A DNA stretch of 64,000 nt, from assembly GCF_001724605.1 (NCBI RefSeq), contig NZ_MEEX01000001.1:132295-196294 (forward strand), written 5' to 3'. The first letter of the stretch is position 1. The number at the start of each line of letters is the position of its first letter. The DNA comes from Phenylobacterium sp. SCN 70-31 (GTDB lineage Bacteria; Pseudomonadota; Alphaproteobacteria; Caulobacterales; Caulobacteraceae). The notes below the pieces were generated by a model, which was not told the DNA's origin, made no database searches, and saw only the letters and a program-made list of their open reading frames with translations. This document shows positions 17,638 through 26,847 of the stretch, one piece after another. The translations under genes were made by a program, and so were the position numbers.

Positions 17638-18891
17638 TCAGGCGTTGAGGTGGGCCGCGATCGCCTCGTAGGCCGGCAGGGACACCCGATCGAGTGGCCC
17701 GTTCCCGTTGGCGGCGGTCGGGTGGGAGGCGAAGCGGGCGATCACCATCTCGGCGCCCGGCGCCACGTAGCAGACCTGACCGTGGATCCCCCGCGCGGAA
17801 TAGGCCCCGAACCGGTTGTGGCTCACCCACCATTGGTTCCGGTAGCTCCAGCCCGGCAGGGTGACATAGCCAGCCTTGGCGAAGTCCTCCTTGCGGGCGC
17901 CGCCGGCGATGTCGTCGACGACCGCGCGCGGGACCACCTGCCGCCCGGCCACGGCGCCGCCCAGCCGCATCATCTCGCCGAAGCGCGCGAGATCGCGCGT
18001 GGTGACGTTCAGGCCGGCACCGCACAGCGCGAAGCCCGTGGAATCGACCATGACGTAGCCGTCTTCCTCCGCCCCCAGATTCCGCCAGATGCGCTCCGAC
18101 ACCAGTTCCGCGAACGGCTTGTCCGCCGCGCGCTGGACGATCCAGCCCAGCACCTCGGTGTTGCAGGTCTTGTAGGCGAAGGCCTCGCCATGCTCGCCCT
18201 GCTTCTGCAGCGTTCTCAGGAAATCGAAGATGGTCGTCGGTCCCGCATAGCCCTTGGGCGGCGGCGACCAGCCGGCGGCGACGCCGTAGAAGCGCACCTC
18301 GGCGTCTGGATCGACGTAGTCCTCCCGGTAGCGGACGCCCGTGGTCATATCCATGACGTGGCGCACGGTCGCGTCGCCGAACGCGCTTCCGGCGAGCTCG
18401 GGGACATATTCGGTCACCGGCGCGCCGGGGTCGATCGCCCCCTCATGCGCGAGGACAGCGGCGAGCAGGCCGGCGAACGACTTGGTCACCGACATGGCCA
18501 GGTGCGGGATGTGCGGCTGGAGCGCGCCGCGGTAGGTCTCGTAGACCACCGCCCCGCGGTGCAGGACCACGAGTCCGTCGGTGAACATCTCCTCGACGCT
18601 CTCGCCCCAGGTCGTCGGACGACCGTCCAGGGTGACGAACGGCACGGCGTCCAGATCGTCGCGCAGGCTGAGCGGCAGAACCGTGGCGGACGCCGGCCCG
18701 CGCCGGATGGCGGCGGATGGTCCCAGTTCGCGCTGGTGACTGAAGCTCCAGCGCGTGTTGGGGAAGCGCCAGCTCGTTGTGTCGACGGCCCGCACGGTCT
18801 TCTCGGGCGGCGGCGGGAAGCCCCGCATCACGGCGAGCGCGGCGGGATCGGTCGAGGCCGCGGTCGGGGCGGGTTGGACGGAGTCGGGCAT
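17638..18891 (-). CDS. Beta-lactamase-fold serine hydrolase (esterase / 6-aminohexanoate-dimer-hydrolase-like)
   Basis: SxxK nucleophile motif (MSVTKSF). A clear paralogue of 57211..58371, sharing VTEYVPE..GS....TVR....MT.GVR..EDY.DP.A.V. Confidence 0.8.
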   Translation of the reverse strand: MPDSVQPAPTAASTDPAALAVMRGFPPPPEKTVRAVDTTSWRFPNTRWSFSHQRELGPSAAIRRGPASATVLPLSLRDDLDAVPFVTLDGRPTTWGESVEEMFTDGLVVLHRGAVVYETYRGALQPHIPHLAMSVTKSFAGLLAAVLAHEGAIDPGAPVTEYVPELAGSAFGDATVRHVMDMTTGVRYREDYVDPDAEVRFYGVAAGWSPPPKGYAGPTTIFDFLRTLQKQGEHGEAFAYKTCNTEVLGWIVQRAADKPFAELVSERIWRNLGAEEDGYVMVDSTGFALCGAGLNVTTRDLARFGEMMRLGGAVAGRQVVPRAVVDDIAGGARKEDFAKAGYVTLPGWSYRNQWWVSHNRFGAYSARGIHGQVCYVAPGAEMVIARFASHPTAANGNGPLDRVSLPAYEAIAAHLNA

Positions 18892-19073
18892 GGCGGACGC
18901 CTCTGAGGACGGGAAGCCCCCATCCCATCCCCTTCCCGCCGGAACCGCAAGGCGGTCGCCACGTCAGGACGCGCCGAAGCCGTGGAGGGGGCCGTGGGGA
19001 GCGACGTAATGACGGCCCTGCTGCTCGCCGCAACCCGTATCCATCGACCTCGTCGCCGCGGCCTCTGCGCGGC

Positions 19074-21269
19074 TCATGCGCGGGTTCGGCCGGCGGACAG
19101 AAGCTCGTCCAGGACCTCCTCCGTATGCTCGCCGAGGATGGGCGCGGGCCTGAGCAGCGCCGGGCGGACACCGTCGTAGGCGAAGGGCGCCGCCGGGATG
19201 ACATGGCGGCCGACGTAGCGCCGCTCCATCTCGGGCCAGAAGCCGGCCTCGGCGAGTTGCGGCAGATAGGCCAGAACATCGCCTCGAAGCACGGGCGCGG
19301 CGGGGACGCCGGCCGACTGAAGCCGCCCGGCGGCGAACTCGGCGTCCTGCGGCGCGGCCCAGGACGCCAGCGCGGCCTCGATCGCATCGGCCCGCGCCGC
19401 CCGTCCCTCGACCCGCGACAACGTCGGATCGTCCGCCCAGTCGTCCCGGCCGAGGACGCCGCAGAGGGCGCGCCAGGCCCGGGGTCCGTCCACCGCCACG
19501 GCCAGCCAGCAATCCTCCCCGCCTGCGGCGACCACCGCTGTCGGCGCCGCTCGCGGCCGGCGGCTGCCGGTCCGGGGTAACGGCCCCTCGGTGAACTGCT
19601 GGGCGACGACGGCGTCCGCCGCGAACTGAAACAGGCAGGCGACCTGCGCGAGATCGATCTCTGCGCCGCCCGCACGCTCTCGGGCGTAGAGGGCCGAAAG
19701 TACGGCCGCCGCGGCGAAGAGTCCCGCGATCGGGTCGCCGAACGCCACATGCTGCAGGCAGGGCGCCCAGCCGTCGCAGCCGTTGACGAACGGCAGGCCC
19801 GACGCCTGCTCCACCGTCGAACCATAGGCGCGGATGCCCGACAGCGGCCCGCCGGCGCCGAAGGCGGGCATGGAGACCGCCACCAGTCCGGGGTTCAGCT
19901 CGCGCCGGACGGCGCTGCCCAGCCCGAGCTTGTCCATGACGCCGGCCGCGAAATTCTCGACCACGACATCGGCGCCCGCCACCAGTTCCCTGGCCTTCGA
20001 GACTCCGTCGGGGGTCAGCAGATCGAGAACCACGCCCCGCTTGTTGCGGTTCATCGAGATGAAGCTGAATTTCGTCTCGCGCGGGGGCGGATCGCCCGCC
20101 TCGTCCGCCTCCCATCCGCGCCACCAGTCCGGATGGCTCTCGGATTCGATCTTCACCACGTCGGCTCCCAGATCGCCGAGGGTGCGCGCGCAGAGGGGGC
20201 CGGCCCAGCCCATGGAGAAGTCGACCACGCGCACCCCGCGCAGAGGCGCCTGCGGCGGGCCGGATTCCAACGCCGGAGCCGCCCCCCCGAACATCATCCG
20301 CCAGGGAAGATTGGGCGCGGTGATCTCGCCTTCGCCGAAGGGACCGAAGGCGCCGCGCTCGGCCCAGTGGTCCACCTTCGGCAGTTCGGCGAGATCGGGC
20401 ATGGGCGTCGCCGGAATCCGCGCCGCATCCGACAGCGCGACCCACTCGGCGGTGGAGCGGGCGAGGAACAGCGGGGCGAGCAAGGCGTCGATCTCGTCGG
20501 CGGCCAGCAGGCGCTCGACCGTGGTTGCGAAGCGCGGCGCCTCGGCCAGCTCCGGGCGGCCCAATATGCCGCACAGGCCCTTCCATTGGGCGGGCGTCAG
20601 CGTCGAGACCCCAAGCCAGCCGTCGGCGGTGCGGTAGCTGGTGCAGGGATAGGTGGGGACGAAACGGTTCACCCCGAGGCGCACCGAACCGCCGCCTTCC
20701 ATCAACGCCGAGACGGCCCCCGTCTCGGTCAGGCACATGAAGGCCTCGAAGACATTCACGGACACACGACCGGGTCGAGGGTGGGCGAGGAGCGCGCCCA
20801 GCGCCGCGTTGAAGGCGGTGACGCCGGCCGTGATCTGCGGGCCATGTCCCTGCGACAGGATCGGCGGTCCGTCCTTCGGGCCGAACGGATAGGTGACGCC
20901 GGTCAGCGCCTGGATCAGTTCGTCGGTTCCCCGCCACTGCGTCCACGGACCTTCGGCATGGAACCAGGTCAGTTCGAGCAGGACGGCGTCCAGCCTGCCG
21001 GCCAGGGCGGCGGCCTCGACGAGGTCGGCCGGGTCCTGACCTCCGATGACGAGGTCGGCCGACGCGGGCGCGCCCGCGACCTTTCCCTGATCGAGCCAGC
21101 GGCCATAGGCGCGCCCGGCCTCACCCGCGTAGCCGATGGCGGCGTCGTCGCCGCCCGCTGCCCGCGTCACGGTGGCCCCGAGCCGGGCGAACAGCCGGCC
21201 GCAGTAGCGCACGGCCACACCGCGTGACGCTTCGACCACGACGAGCCCCTCGAGCAGTCGATGCATCAC
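19074..21269 (-). CDS. Tandem-domain family III (CaiB/BaiF/AMACR-type) CoA-transferase-like protein, 731 aa
   Basis: Two full family-III units are present. The second starts with the canonical LRGVRVVDFSMGWAGPLCARTLGDLGADVVKIE and ends with ILGEHTEEVL. The first starts with a degenerate LEGLVVVEASRGVAVRYCGRLFARLGATV. Confidence 0.85.
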   Translation of the reverse strand: MMHRLLEGLVVVEASRGVAVRYCGRLFARLGATVTRAAGGDDAAIGYAGEAGRAYGRWLDQGKVAGAPASADLVIGGQDPADLVEAAALAGRLDAVLLELTWFHAEGPWTQWRGTDELIQALTGVTYPFGPKDGPPILSQGHGPQITAGVTAFNAALGALLAHPRPGRVSVNVFEAFMCLTETGAVSALMEGGGSVRLGVNRFVPTYPCTSYRTADGWLGVSTLTPAQWKGLCGILGRPELAEAPRFATTVERLLAADEIDALLAPLFLARSTAEWVALSDAARIPATPMPDLAELPKVDHWAERGAFGPFGEGEITAPNLPWRMMFGGAAPALESGPPQAPLRGVRVVDFSMGWAGPLCARTLGDLGADVVKIESESHPDWWRGWEADEAGDPPPRETKFSFISMNRNKRGVVLDLLTPDGVSKARELVAGADVVVENFAAGVMDKLGLGSAVRRELNPGLVAVSMPAFGAGGPLSGIRAYGSTVEQASGLPFVNGCDGWAPCLQHVAFGDPIAGLFAAAAVLSALYARERAGGAEIDLAQVACLFQFAADAVVAQQFTEGPLPRTGSRRPRAAPTAVVAAGGEDCWLAVAVDGPRAWRALCGVLGRDDWADDPTLSRVEGRAARADAIEAALASWAAPQDAEFAAGRLQSAGVPAAPVLRGDVLAYLPQLAEAGFWPEMERRYVGRHVIPAAPFAYDGVRPALLRPAPILGEHTEEVLDELLSAGRTRA

Positions 21270-21312
21270 GGCCCTCCCAGAACGGTTGCGCGCTTTACAC
21301 CCTCCTGCTTAC

Positions 21313-21328
21313 TGGTAATGTGTTACCA
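21313..21328. promoter_or_regulatory. Island operator copy 1: TGGTAATGTGTTACCA
   Basis: Perfect 6+6 inverted repeat in the 83-bp divergent region between the CoA-transferase (start 21269) and PhyH-1 (start 21353). Confidence 0.7.
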
Positions 21329-21352
21329 ATACAATCGTGGAGGAACAGGCCC

Positions 21353-22195
21353 ATGTCGCTGGATGTCGATCGAGACCCCTATGCCGTTCCTGACGACCTC
21401 GCGGCCCGCATCGACGCGCTGGACCTGCGCCAGAACATCGTGGACCTGGTGGACCAGGGTTACACGGTCATCCGGGACCCAAAGGCCATCGCCCTTGCCG
21501 ACGAGGTGCGGGAGGCGATCATCCGCTGCGTGCCCGCCGCCCCCGAGGCGAAGGCGCCGACCCGCTTCACCCTGCTCGATCAGGACCCGGTGTTCGCCGA
21601 GGCGATCACCACCCCGAAACTGCTGGCGCTGGTGGAATACCTGCTGGGTCGCGGGGCGCTGTTCTCGCAGCTTTCGGGTTCACGCCGCCGGCCGGGGCCT
21701 CAGTCCCTGGGACTGCACGCGGACAACAGCTGGTTCCCCGCCCCCTTTCCCGACTGGGAGATCATGGCGACCGGCTGCTTCGTCACCGACGAATTCACCG
21801 AGGAATCCGGCGCCACCCTGGTGATCCCGGGCACCCACAAGCTGAAGGACCATCCGCCGAAGGAACGGCGGGAAAGTCTGGAGGGCGCGGTTCCCATCGT
21901 GGCGCCCAAGGGCTCCATCTGCCTGTGGAACGGTTCGGTCTGGCACGGCAACTATCCCCGGCGGCTTCCCGGCGAGCGCGTCGTCCTCCACATGACCTAC
22001 ACCCGCGTCGGAATGCAGCCGATCGAGACCTACGATCACCTGGACGAGACATGGTTCGCCGACAAGGACCCGGCGCTCCCCACCCTGCTCGGCCGCCACA
22101 ACTTCCTCGGCCGCCGTCACGGCTGGAAGCAGAACGATCGCGAGCTTCTGAAGGAGACCTACCAGCAGGTGCACGGCCCGGGGTTCCGGGCCTGA
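21353..22195 (+). CDS. PhyH-family (phytanoyl-CoA dioxygenase-like) Fe(II)/2-oxoglutarate dioxygenase 1
   Basis: HxD...H facial triad context (LGLHADNSWFP, GSVWHGNYPR). GGAGGA RBS before ATG 21353. About 60 % identical by eye to 23543..24382. Confidence 0.8.
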   Translation: MSLDVDRDPYAVPDDLAARIDALDLRQNIVDLVDQGYTVIRDPKAIALADEVREAIIRCVPAAPEAKAPTRFTLLDQDPVFAEAITTPKLLALVEYLLGRGALFSQLSGSRRRPGPQSLGLHADNSWFPAPFPDWEIMATGCFVTDEFTEESGATLVIPGTHKLKDHPPKERRESLEGAVPIVAPKGSICLWNGSVWHGNYPRRLPGERVVLHMTYTRVGMQPIETYDHLDETWFADKDPALPTLLGRHNFLGRRHGWKQNDRELLKETYQQVHGPGFRA

Positions 22196-22199
22196 GCCG

Positions 22200-22883
22200 T
22201 CAGGCGTCACCGCCGCCGAGAACCTCGCGCGTCGGCGCCTGGAAATCCAGAAGCTGGTCCTGATAGCGCTTTGCACGGTCGCGCAGACGCGCGGCGTGAG
22301 GCTCGGTCGCGACGCCGGCCAGGATGACCGCCCACCCGAAGCCGATGCGTGGCTCGACGTAGCTGATGTCGTAGGTGCTGCTGGCCCAGGTGCGGACATT
22401 GGCCGCAAAGATGTCCATCAGCGTCTCGGAAAGCACCCGGGTGTCGATGTCGTCGTCCAGCATCCCCGCCCGGTACGCCCGACGCATGGCGGCCTCGAAT
22501 CGCTCGGGATTCTCGCGACCGGGCTCGGTCTCGGAGCCACCGGAATAGGCGTGGGTCGCGCGGAACAGCGCCCGGTAGAAAGGCTGGTTCTCGGCGTAGA
22601 ATGCGACGCCGACGGTCAGCGTCGCGAAGAAGAAGTCGAACACGTCGGTGTCGCCGATCGGCCAGAGGCGCGTCTGGAAGATCGCCTGCTCTTCCTTGAG
22701 CAGCGCCCGGATGATGCCGACCTTCGAACCGAACAGCTCATAGGGGGTGCGCAGGCTCACCTGTCCCCGCGCCGCCAGCTCGCGCATGGACAGCTCGAAG
22801 CCACCACTTTCCCGGATGATCTCGCGCGCCACCCTGAGGATGCGCGTCGACCGATCCTCGGTCGATTTCCTTGATGCTTCCAT
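22200..22883 (-). CDS. TetR/AcrR-family transcriptional regulator
   Basis: N-terminal HTH (ILRVAREIIRESGGFELSMRELAARGQVSLRTPYELFGSK). 227 aa. Confidence 0.9.
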   Translation of the reverse strand: MEASRKSTEDRSTRILRVAREIIRESGGFELSMRELAARGQVSLRTPYELFGSKVGIIRALLKEEQAIFQTRLWPIGDTDVFDFFFATLTVGVAFYAENQPFYRALFRATHAYSGGSETEPGRENPERFEAAMRRAYRAGMLDDDIDTRVLSETLMDIFAANVRTWASSTYDISYVEPRIGFGWAVILAGVATEPHAARLRDRAKRYQDQLLDFQAPTREVLGGGDA

Positions 22884-22997
22884 GAAGCCTTTTACTTCTC
22901 ACCCTACAGTCGGCCGCGGAAAACCCGCCGCCGCCATCATTCCCTGCGCGACGCAACCATGACCTGCAAAGGATCGGCAAGCTACGTTGACCGAGAT

Positions 22998-23013
22998 TGG
23001 TAACGAGTTATCA
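22998..23013. promoter_or_regulatory. Island operator copy 2: TGGTAACGAGTTATCA
   Basis: Lies in the divergent tetR / SCP2-like intergenic region, 4 bp upstream of ATG 23017. Confidence 0.65.
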
Positions 23014-23016
23014 TTC

Positions 23017-23484
23017 ATGCGTACAGAGGCTCGAAGGTTCCGCGCGGCGGAAGGAAACGCATTGACCGACATCACGGACACGAAACTCGCCTTCGCCGGA
23101 CCGGAATGGATCGCCGCAGCCGAAGCCATCCTTGAGGACCTCGCGGCGACACATGGCGAAGCGGGCCAGCGCTTCAGCCTGTGCGAGCGATTCACGGACG
23201 CCCCGGTCGAAATCTCGCCCTCCGGCCTCGCCGCGTGGTGGTTCCGGCTGGACGGCCAGACGGTCGAGGTGGGCGCCGGCGAGATCGGCGACGCCGATGC
23301 GACCGTGACAGCCGACTACGTCGCCACCCTGCCCGTCGCGCGACTGGTCTACACGCCCGAGGTCATCGCCGAGCGCCGGGCCAAGCGCGAGCGAGGCGAA
23401 CTTCCCAGCCAGCAAGGCGACTGGTCGCGCGCCCCGCGGTGGCTGACCGAACTCCACAACCGGCTGGCGGTCATCACCGCCTGA
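23017..23484 (+). CDS. SCP2 (sterol-carrier-protein-2)-like lipid/acyl-CoA binding domain protein
   Basis: 155 aa. The pattern PEWIAAAEAIL...FRLDG..VEVG.GE...ADATVTADY...ARLVY resembles SCP2-fold proteins. Paralogue of 58463..58897. Confidence 0.55.
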   Translation: MRTEARRFRAAEGNALTDITDTKLAFAGPEWIAAAEAILEDLAATHGEAGQRFSLCERFTDAPVEISPSGLAAWWFRLDGQTVEVGAGEIGDADATVTADYVATLPVARLVYTPEVIAERRAKRERGELPSQQGDWSRAPRWLTELHNRLAVITA

Positions 23485-23542
23485 TCTGGCCCCCGTCCGG
23501 GCGCGCGCACCGCCGCCCGGACGCAAGTTCCGGCTCGCCGGC

Positions 23543-24382
23543 CTACGGCTTGCCGCTGCGGGCGATGCGCTGGGTGTAGCGCAGCTTCACCGGATCGGCG
23601 CCCCCGCTCTCCACGGTCGTCGCGCCGAGGAACAGCTTGCGGCCCAGGAGGTCGGCGATCCCTTCGGGCTGGCTGGCGACCCAGGCGTCGTCCAGATGGC
23701 TGTAATCCTCGACCGGCGCGAACCCGACGCGGGTGTAGGTCATGTGCATCACCACGCGGTCGCCGGGAATCTCGCGCGGGTAGTTGCCGTGCCACACCGA
23801 GCCGTCCCAGAGGCAGAGCGATCCTTTGGGCGCCACGATCGGCACCATCCCTTCCTGGATGCGGCACTCCTCCTCGCTGGGATGGCGCTTGAGGACGTGG
23901 GTTCCCGGGATGATGGAGGTGCAGCCTCCTTCCTTGGTGAACTCGTCCGTCACCCAGCATGCCGTCGCCATGATCTCCCAGTTCGGGAACGGCGCGGGGA
24001 ACCAGCTGTTGTCGGCATGCAGCACCAACGGCGCCGCGCCTTCGCCGCGGATCGAACTGGTGAGCTGGCTGAGGATCGCGCCGCGTCCCACCAGGAACTC
24101 CACCAAGGCCAGAAGCCGGGGCACCAGGACCGCTTCCGAAAACACCGGGTCCCGCCCCAGCAGAAGGGCGGCGCTCTGGCCGGTGCGCGGCGGTCCCGTC
24201 TCCTCGGCCAGGCGCACGATCGCTTCGCGCACCCGATCGGTCAGGGCGTGCGCCACCGGATCCTGGATGATCGTGTAGCCCTGATCGACCAGTTCGCGGA
24301 CGTTTTCCCGGAGGCCCAGCGCGTCGATCTTCGGCGCCAGGAACTCGGGAACTTCATAGGGGTCGGCAGTGTCGAGCGGCAT
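23543..24382 (-). CDS. PhyH-family Fe(II)/2-oxoglutarate dioxygenase 2
   Basis: LVLHADNSWFPAPFPNWEIMAT, GSVWHGNYPR. Start trimmed to ATG 24382. The track ORF extends to 24895 as shadow sequence. Confidence 0.8.
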   Translation of the reverse strand: MPLDTADPYEVPEFLAPKIDALGLRENVRELVDQGYTIIQDPVAHALTDRVREAIVRLAEETGPPRTGQSAALLLGRDPVFSEAVLVPRLLALVEFLVGRGAILSQLTSSIRGEGAAPLVLHADNSWFPAPFPNWEIMATACWVTDEFTKEGGCTSIIPGTHVLKRHPSEEECRIQEGMVPIVAPKGSLCLWDGSVWHGNYPREIPGDRVVMHMTYTRVGFAPVEDYSHLDDAWVASQPEGIADLLGRKLFLGATTVESGGADPVKLRYTQRIARSGKP

Positions 24383-24418
24383 TTGAGGGTTCCCCGGAAT
24401 CCGTTCGTTGCATTGGGT

Positions 24419-24434
24419 TGGTAACGCGTTATCA
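24419..24434. promoter_or_regulatory. Island operator copy 3: TGGTAACGCGTTATCA
   Basis: Lies in the divergent region between PhyH-2 (start 24382) and CoA-transferase-2 (start 24488). Confidence 0.65.
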
Positions 24435-24487
24435 TCCTGCGCAACGGCGGCGTCAAGCAACGGCTGCCGACACACCGGGAGGTTGCT

Positions 24488-26731
24488 GTGACGACGACAG
24501 GCGGGCGTCCCCTTGCGGGCATCGGTGTTGTGGAGTTCGGCGTGGACGCCGGAGTCCGCTACTGCGGCCGGCTCTTTTCGGTCCTCGGCGCCACCGTGGT
24601 GCGGGTGAGTGCGGGCGGCGGCCGGCCCTCCGCCTTCGACCTCTGGCTGGACGAGGGCAAGACCTTCGCGGAAACGACCGGCGAAGCGCTCGCCGCCCTG
24701 ACGACCCGCGGCGCGCGCATCGAGGTGGCGATCGCGGGGCAGGATCACACCTGGGTCGCCAGGGCCGACGCCGACCTGCGGGCGCTCAAGGCCGAGGTTC
24801 TCCGCCTCAACCTCACCTGGTTCGGCCGCAACGGGCCGTATGCCGACTGGCAGGGAGACGACGCCCTGATCCTGGCGCTGACGGGGACCGCTCACGGCTT
24901 CGGCCCCGTGGAGGGGCCTCCGCTGCTGGCCCAGGGACGCGCGCCCCAGATGCTGGGCGGCGCCACGCTGTTCCTCTCGGGACTCGCGGCGCTATGGGGT
25001 CGTCGCACGGGCCGGACGCACGGCCGCGTGGACGTGGACGTTCTCGAAGCCTGCCTCTGCTTCACGGAACATGGGCCGCCGGCCATCGCCGTCTCCGGCG
25101 AGCCTTCCACCCGAAAGGGACTCAACCGGTACGGCGCCGGCTATCCCACCGTGGCCTATCCGTCTTCGGACGGCTGGATCGGCGTCACGGCGCACACGCC
25201 CGCCCAATGGCGGTCGCTCTGCCAACTCGTCGGCCGCCCCGACCTGCCCGACGACCCGCGCTTCGCCACCGGACCCGACCGCGTCGCGAACGCGGCCGCC
25301 CTCGATCAGGAGTTGCGCCCGATCTTCGCGACCGGCGCCACCGGCCAATGGCTCGAAGCCGGGCAGCGTCTCCGCGTTCCGCTGGCGCCCGTGCCGGATC
25401 CCGACGCCCTCATCGCCACCGACCACTGGCGCGAGCGGGGCAGCTTCGGTCCGCTCCCGGGAGCCGCGGGCGTCCAGGCGCCGGGCCTCCCCATGCGCGT
25501 CGCGTTCGACGGCCAAACCGAGGCCCCCCGACCCGGACACGGACCGGGGCCGCTGTCCGGCCTGCGCGTGATCGACTTCTCGATGGGCTGGGCCGGCCCC
25601 CTCGCCACCCGCCATCTGGCCGACCTGGGAGTCGACGTCATCAAGATCGAGACCGAGGACCATTTCGACTGGGCGCGGGGCTGGGCGCCCGTGCCGGGAT
25701 CCGATCCGCCGGCCCACGAGATCGCCTCGGCCTTCAACCTGATGAACCGCAATAAGCGCGGCGTCGCCCTCGATCTCTCGACTCCTGCAGGTCGTACGCG
25801 GGCCAAGGCGCTGGTGGCCGGCGCCGACATGGTGATCGAAAACTTCGGCCCCGGCGTGATGGACAAGCTGGGACTTTCAAAGGAGGTTCTCCGGGCCGCC
25901 CGGCCAGGCTTGGTGTTCATCTCGATGGCCGCGTTCGGGGCGACCGGCCCCTGGCGTTCGTTCCGGGCCTACGGCTCGACGGTCGAGCACGCCAGCGGCT
26001 TGCCCTTCTTCAACGGCGAAGAGGACTGGCCCCCCAGCCTCCAGCACCTGGCCTATGGCGACCCCATCGCGGGCATCTATGCCGCGGCGATGACCCTTGC
26101 GGCGCTGTTCGGGCGCGAGACCCTGGGCGGGGCCGACATCGACCTGTCGCAGGTGGAGTGCCTGTTCCAGCTGGGCGCGGAATCCCTCATCCGCATGCAG
26201 GTCGAAGGGCCGAGAGTTCGCATGGGCAGCCGCAATCCCGACATGGCGCCACGCTGCGTGGCGCCGGCGGCAGGCGACGACGCCTGGGTCGCCATCGCCT
26301 GCCCTGACGAGGCGTCATGGCGCGCGCTCGCCCACGCCATCGGCCGCGTGGACTGGCTGTCCGACCCAGACCTGGCCACGCCCCAGGGACGCAACGCCCG
26401 CGCCGCGGAGATCGAGGCCGTCGTCGCGGCCTGGACGACCGGCCGCGACGCTCGGACGGCCGCGACGGTTCTGCAGGCGGCGGGCGCCTGCGCCGCCCCG
26501 GTGCTCGCACCGCACGATCTCGCCCACGACCCGCATGCGAGAGCGAACGCCACCTGGGGCTGGATGACCCGAACCCACGTCGGATCCCATATGATGCTGG
26601 CGCCGCCCTATCGCATCGACGGCGTGCGACCCGCGCTACGGTCGCCCGCGCCCCTTCTGGGGGAACATACGAACCGGGTCCTGAGTGCTCTCGACATCGC
26701 CGAAAGGCCTCGCGAAGCGCTGGAGGCTTAG
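24488..26731 (+). CDS. Tandem-domain family III CoA-transferase-like protein 2, 747 aa
   Basis: Same two-unit architecture as 19074..21269. The C-unit begins LSGLRVIDFSMGWAGPLATRHLADLGVDVIKIE. GGGAGG RBS before GTG 24488. Confidence 0.85.
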   Translation: MTTTGGRPLAGIGVVEFGVDAGVRYCGRLFSVLGATVVRVSAGGGRPSAFDLWLDEGKTFAETTGEALAALTTRGARIEVAIAGQDHTWVARADADLRALKAEVLRLNLTWFGRNGPYADWQGDDALILALTGTAHGFGPVEGPPLLAQGRAPQMLGGATLFLSGLAALWGRRTGRTHGRVDVDVLEACLCFTEHGPPAIAVSGEPSTRKGLNRYGAGYPTVAYPSSDGWIGVTAHTPAQWRSLCQLVGRPDLPDDPRFATGPDRVANAAALDQELRPIFATGATGQWLEAGQRLRVPLAPVPDPDALIATDHWRERGSFGPLPGAAGVQAPGLPMRVAFDGQTEAPRPGHGPGPLSGLRVIDFSMGWAGPLATRHLADLGVDVIKIETEDHFDWARGWAPVPGSDPPAHEIASAFNLMNRNKRGVALDLSTPAGRTRAKALVAGADMVIENFGPGVMDKLGLSKEVLRAARPGLVFISMAAFGATGPWRSFRAYGSTVEHASGLPFFNGEEDWPPSLQHLAYGDPIAGIYAAAMTLAALFGRETLGGADIDLSQVECLFQLGAESLIRMQVEGPRVRMGSRNPDMAPRCVAPAAGDDAWVAIACPDEASWRALAHAIGRVDWLSDPDLATPQGRNARAAEIEAVVAAWTTGRDARTAATVLQAAGACAAPVLAPHDLAHDPHARANATWGWMTRTHVGSHMMLAPPYRIDGVRPALRSPAPLLGEHTNRVLSALDIAERPREALEA

Positions 26732-26810
26732 CCACGTCTCTAGCGCGAAGGCCCCCCGAAGACTGGCGGAAATGTGGGAAGAGTTCGGCGAAGGATTTGG
26801 CGAAGGATTC

Positions 26811-26832
26811 TGGGCGACCCCGAGGTCGCCCA
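26811..26832. terminator. GC-rich hairpin (TGGGCGACC-ccga-GGTCGCCCA) between convergent genes
   Basis: 9-bp stem with a 4-nt loop, preceded by the 12-bp tandem ggcgaaggattt/ggcgaaggattc. No clear U-tract on either strand. Confidence 0.4.
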
Positions 26833-26847
26833 GGCGCGCCGCGCATG

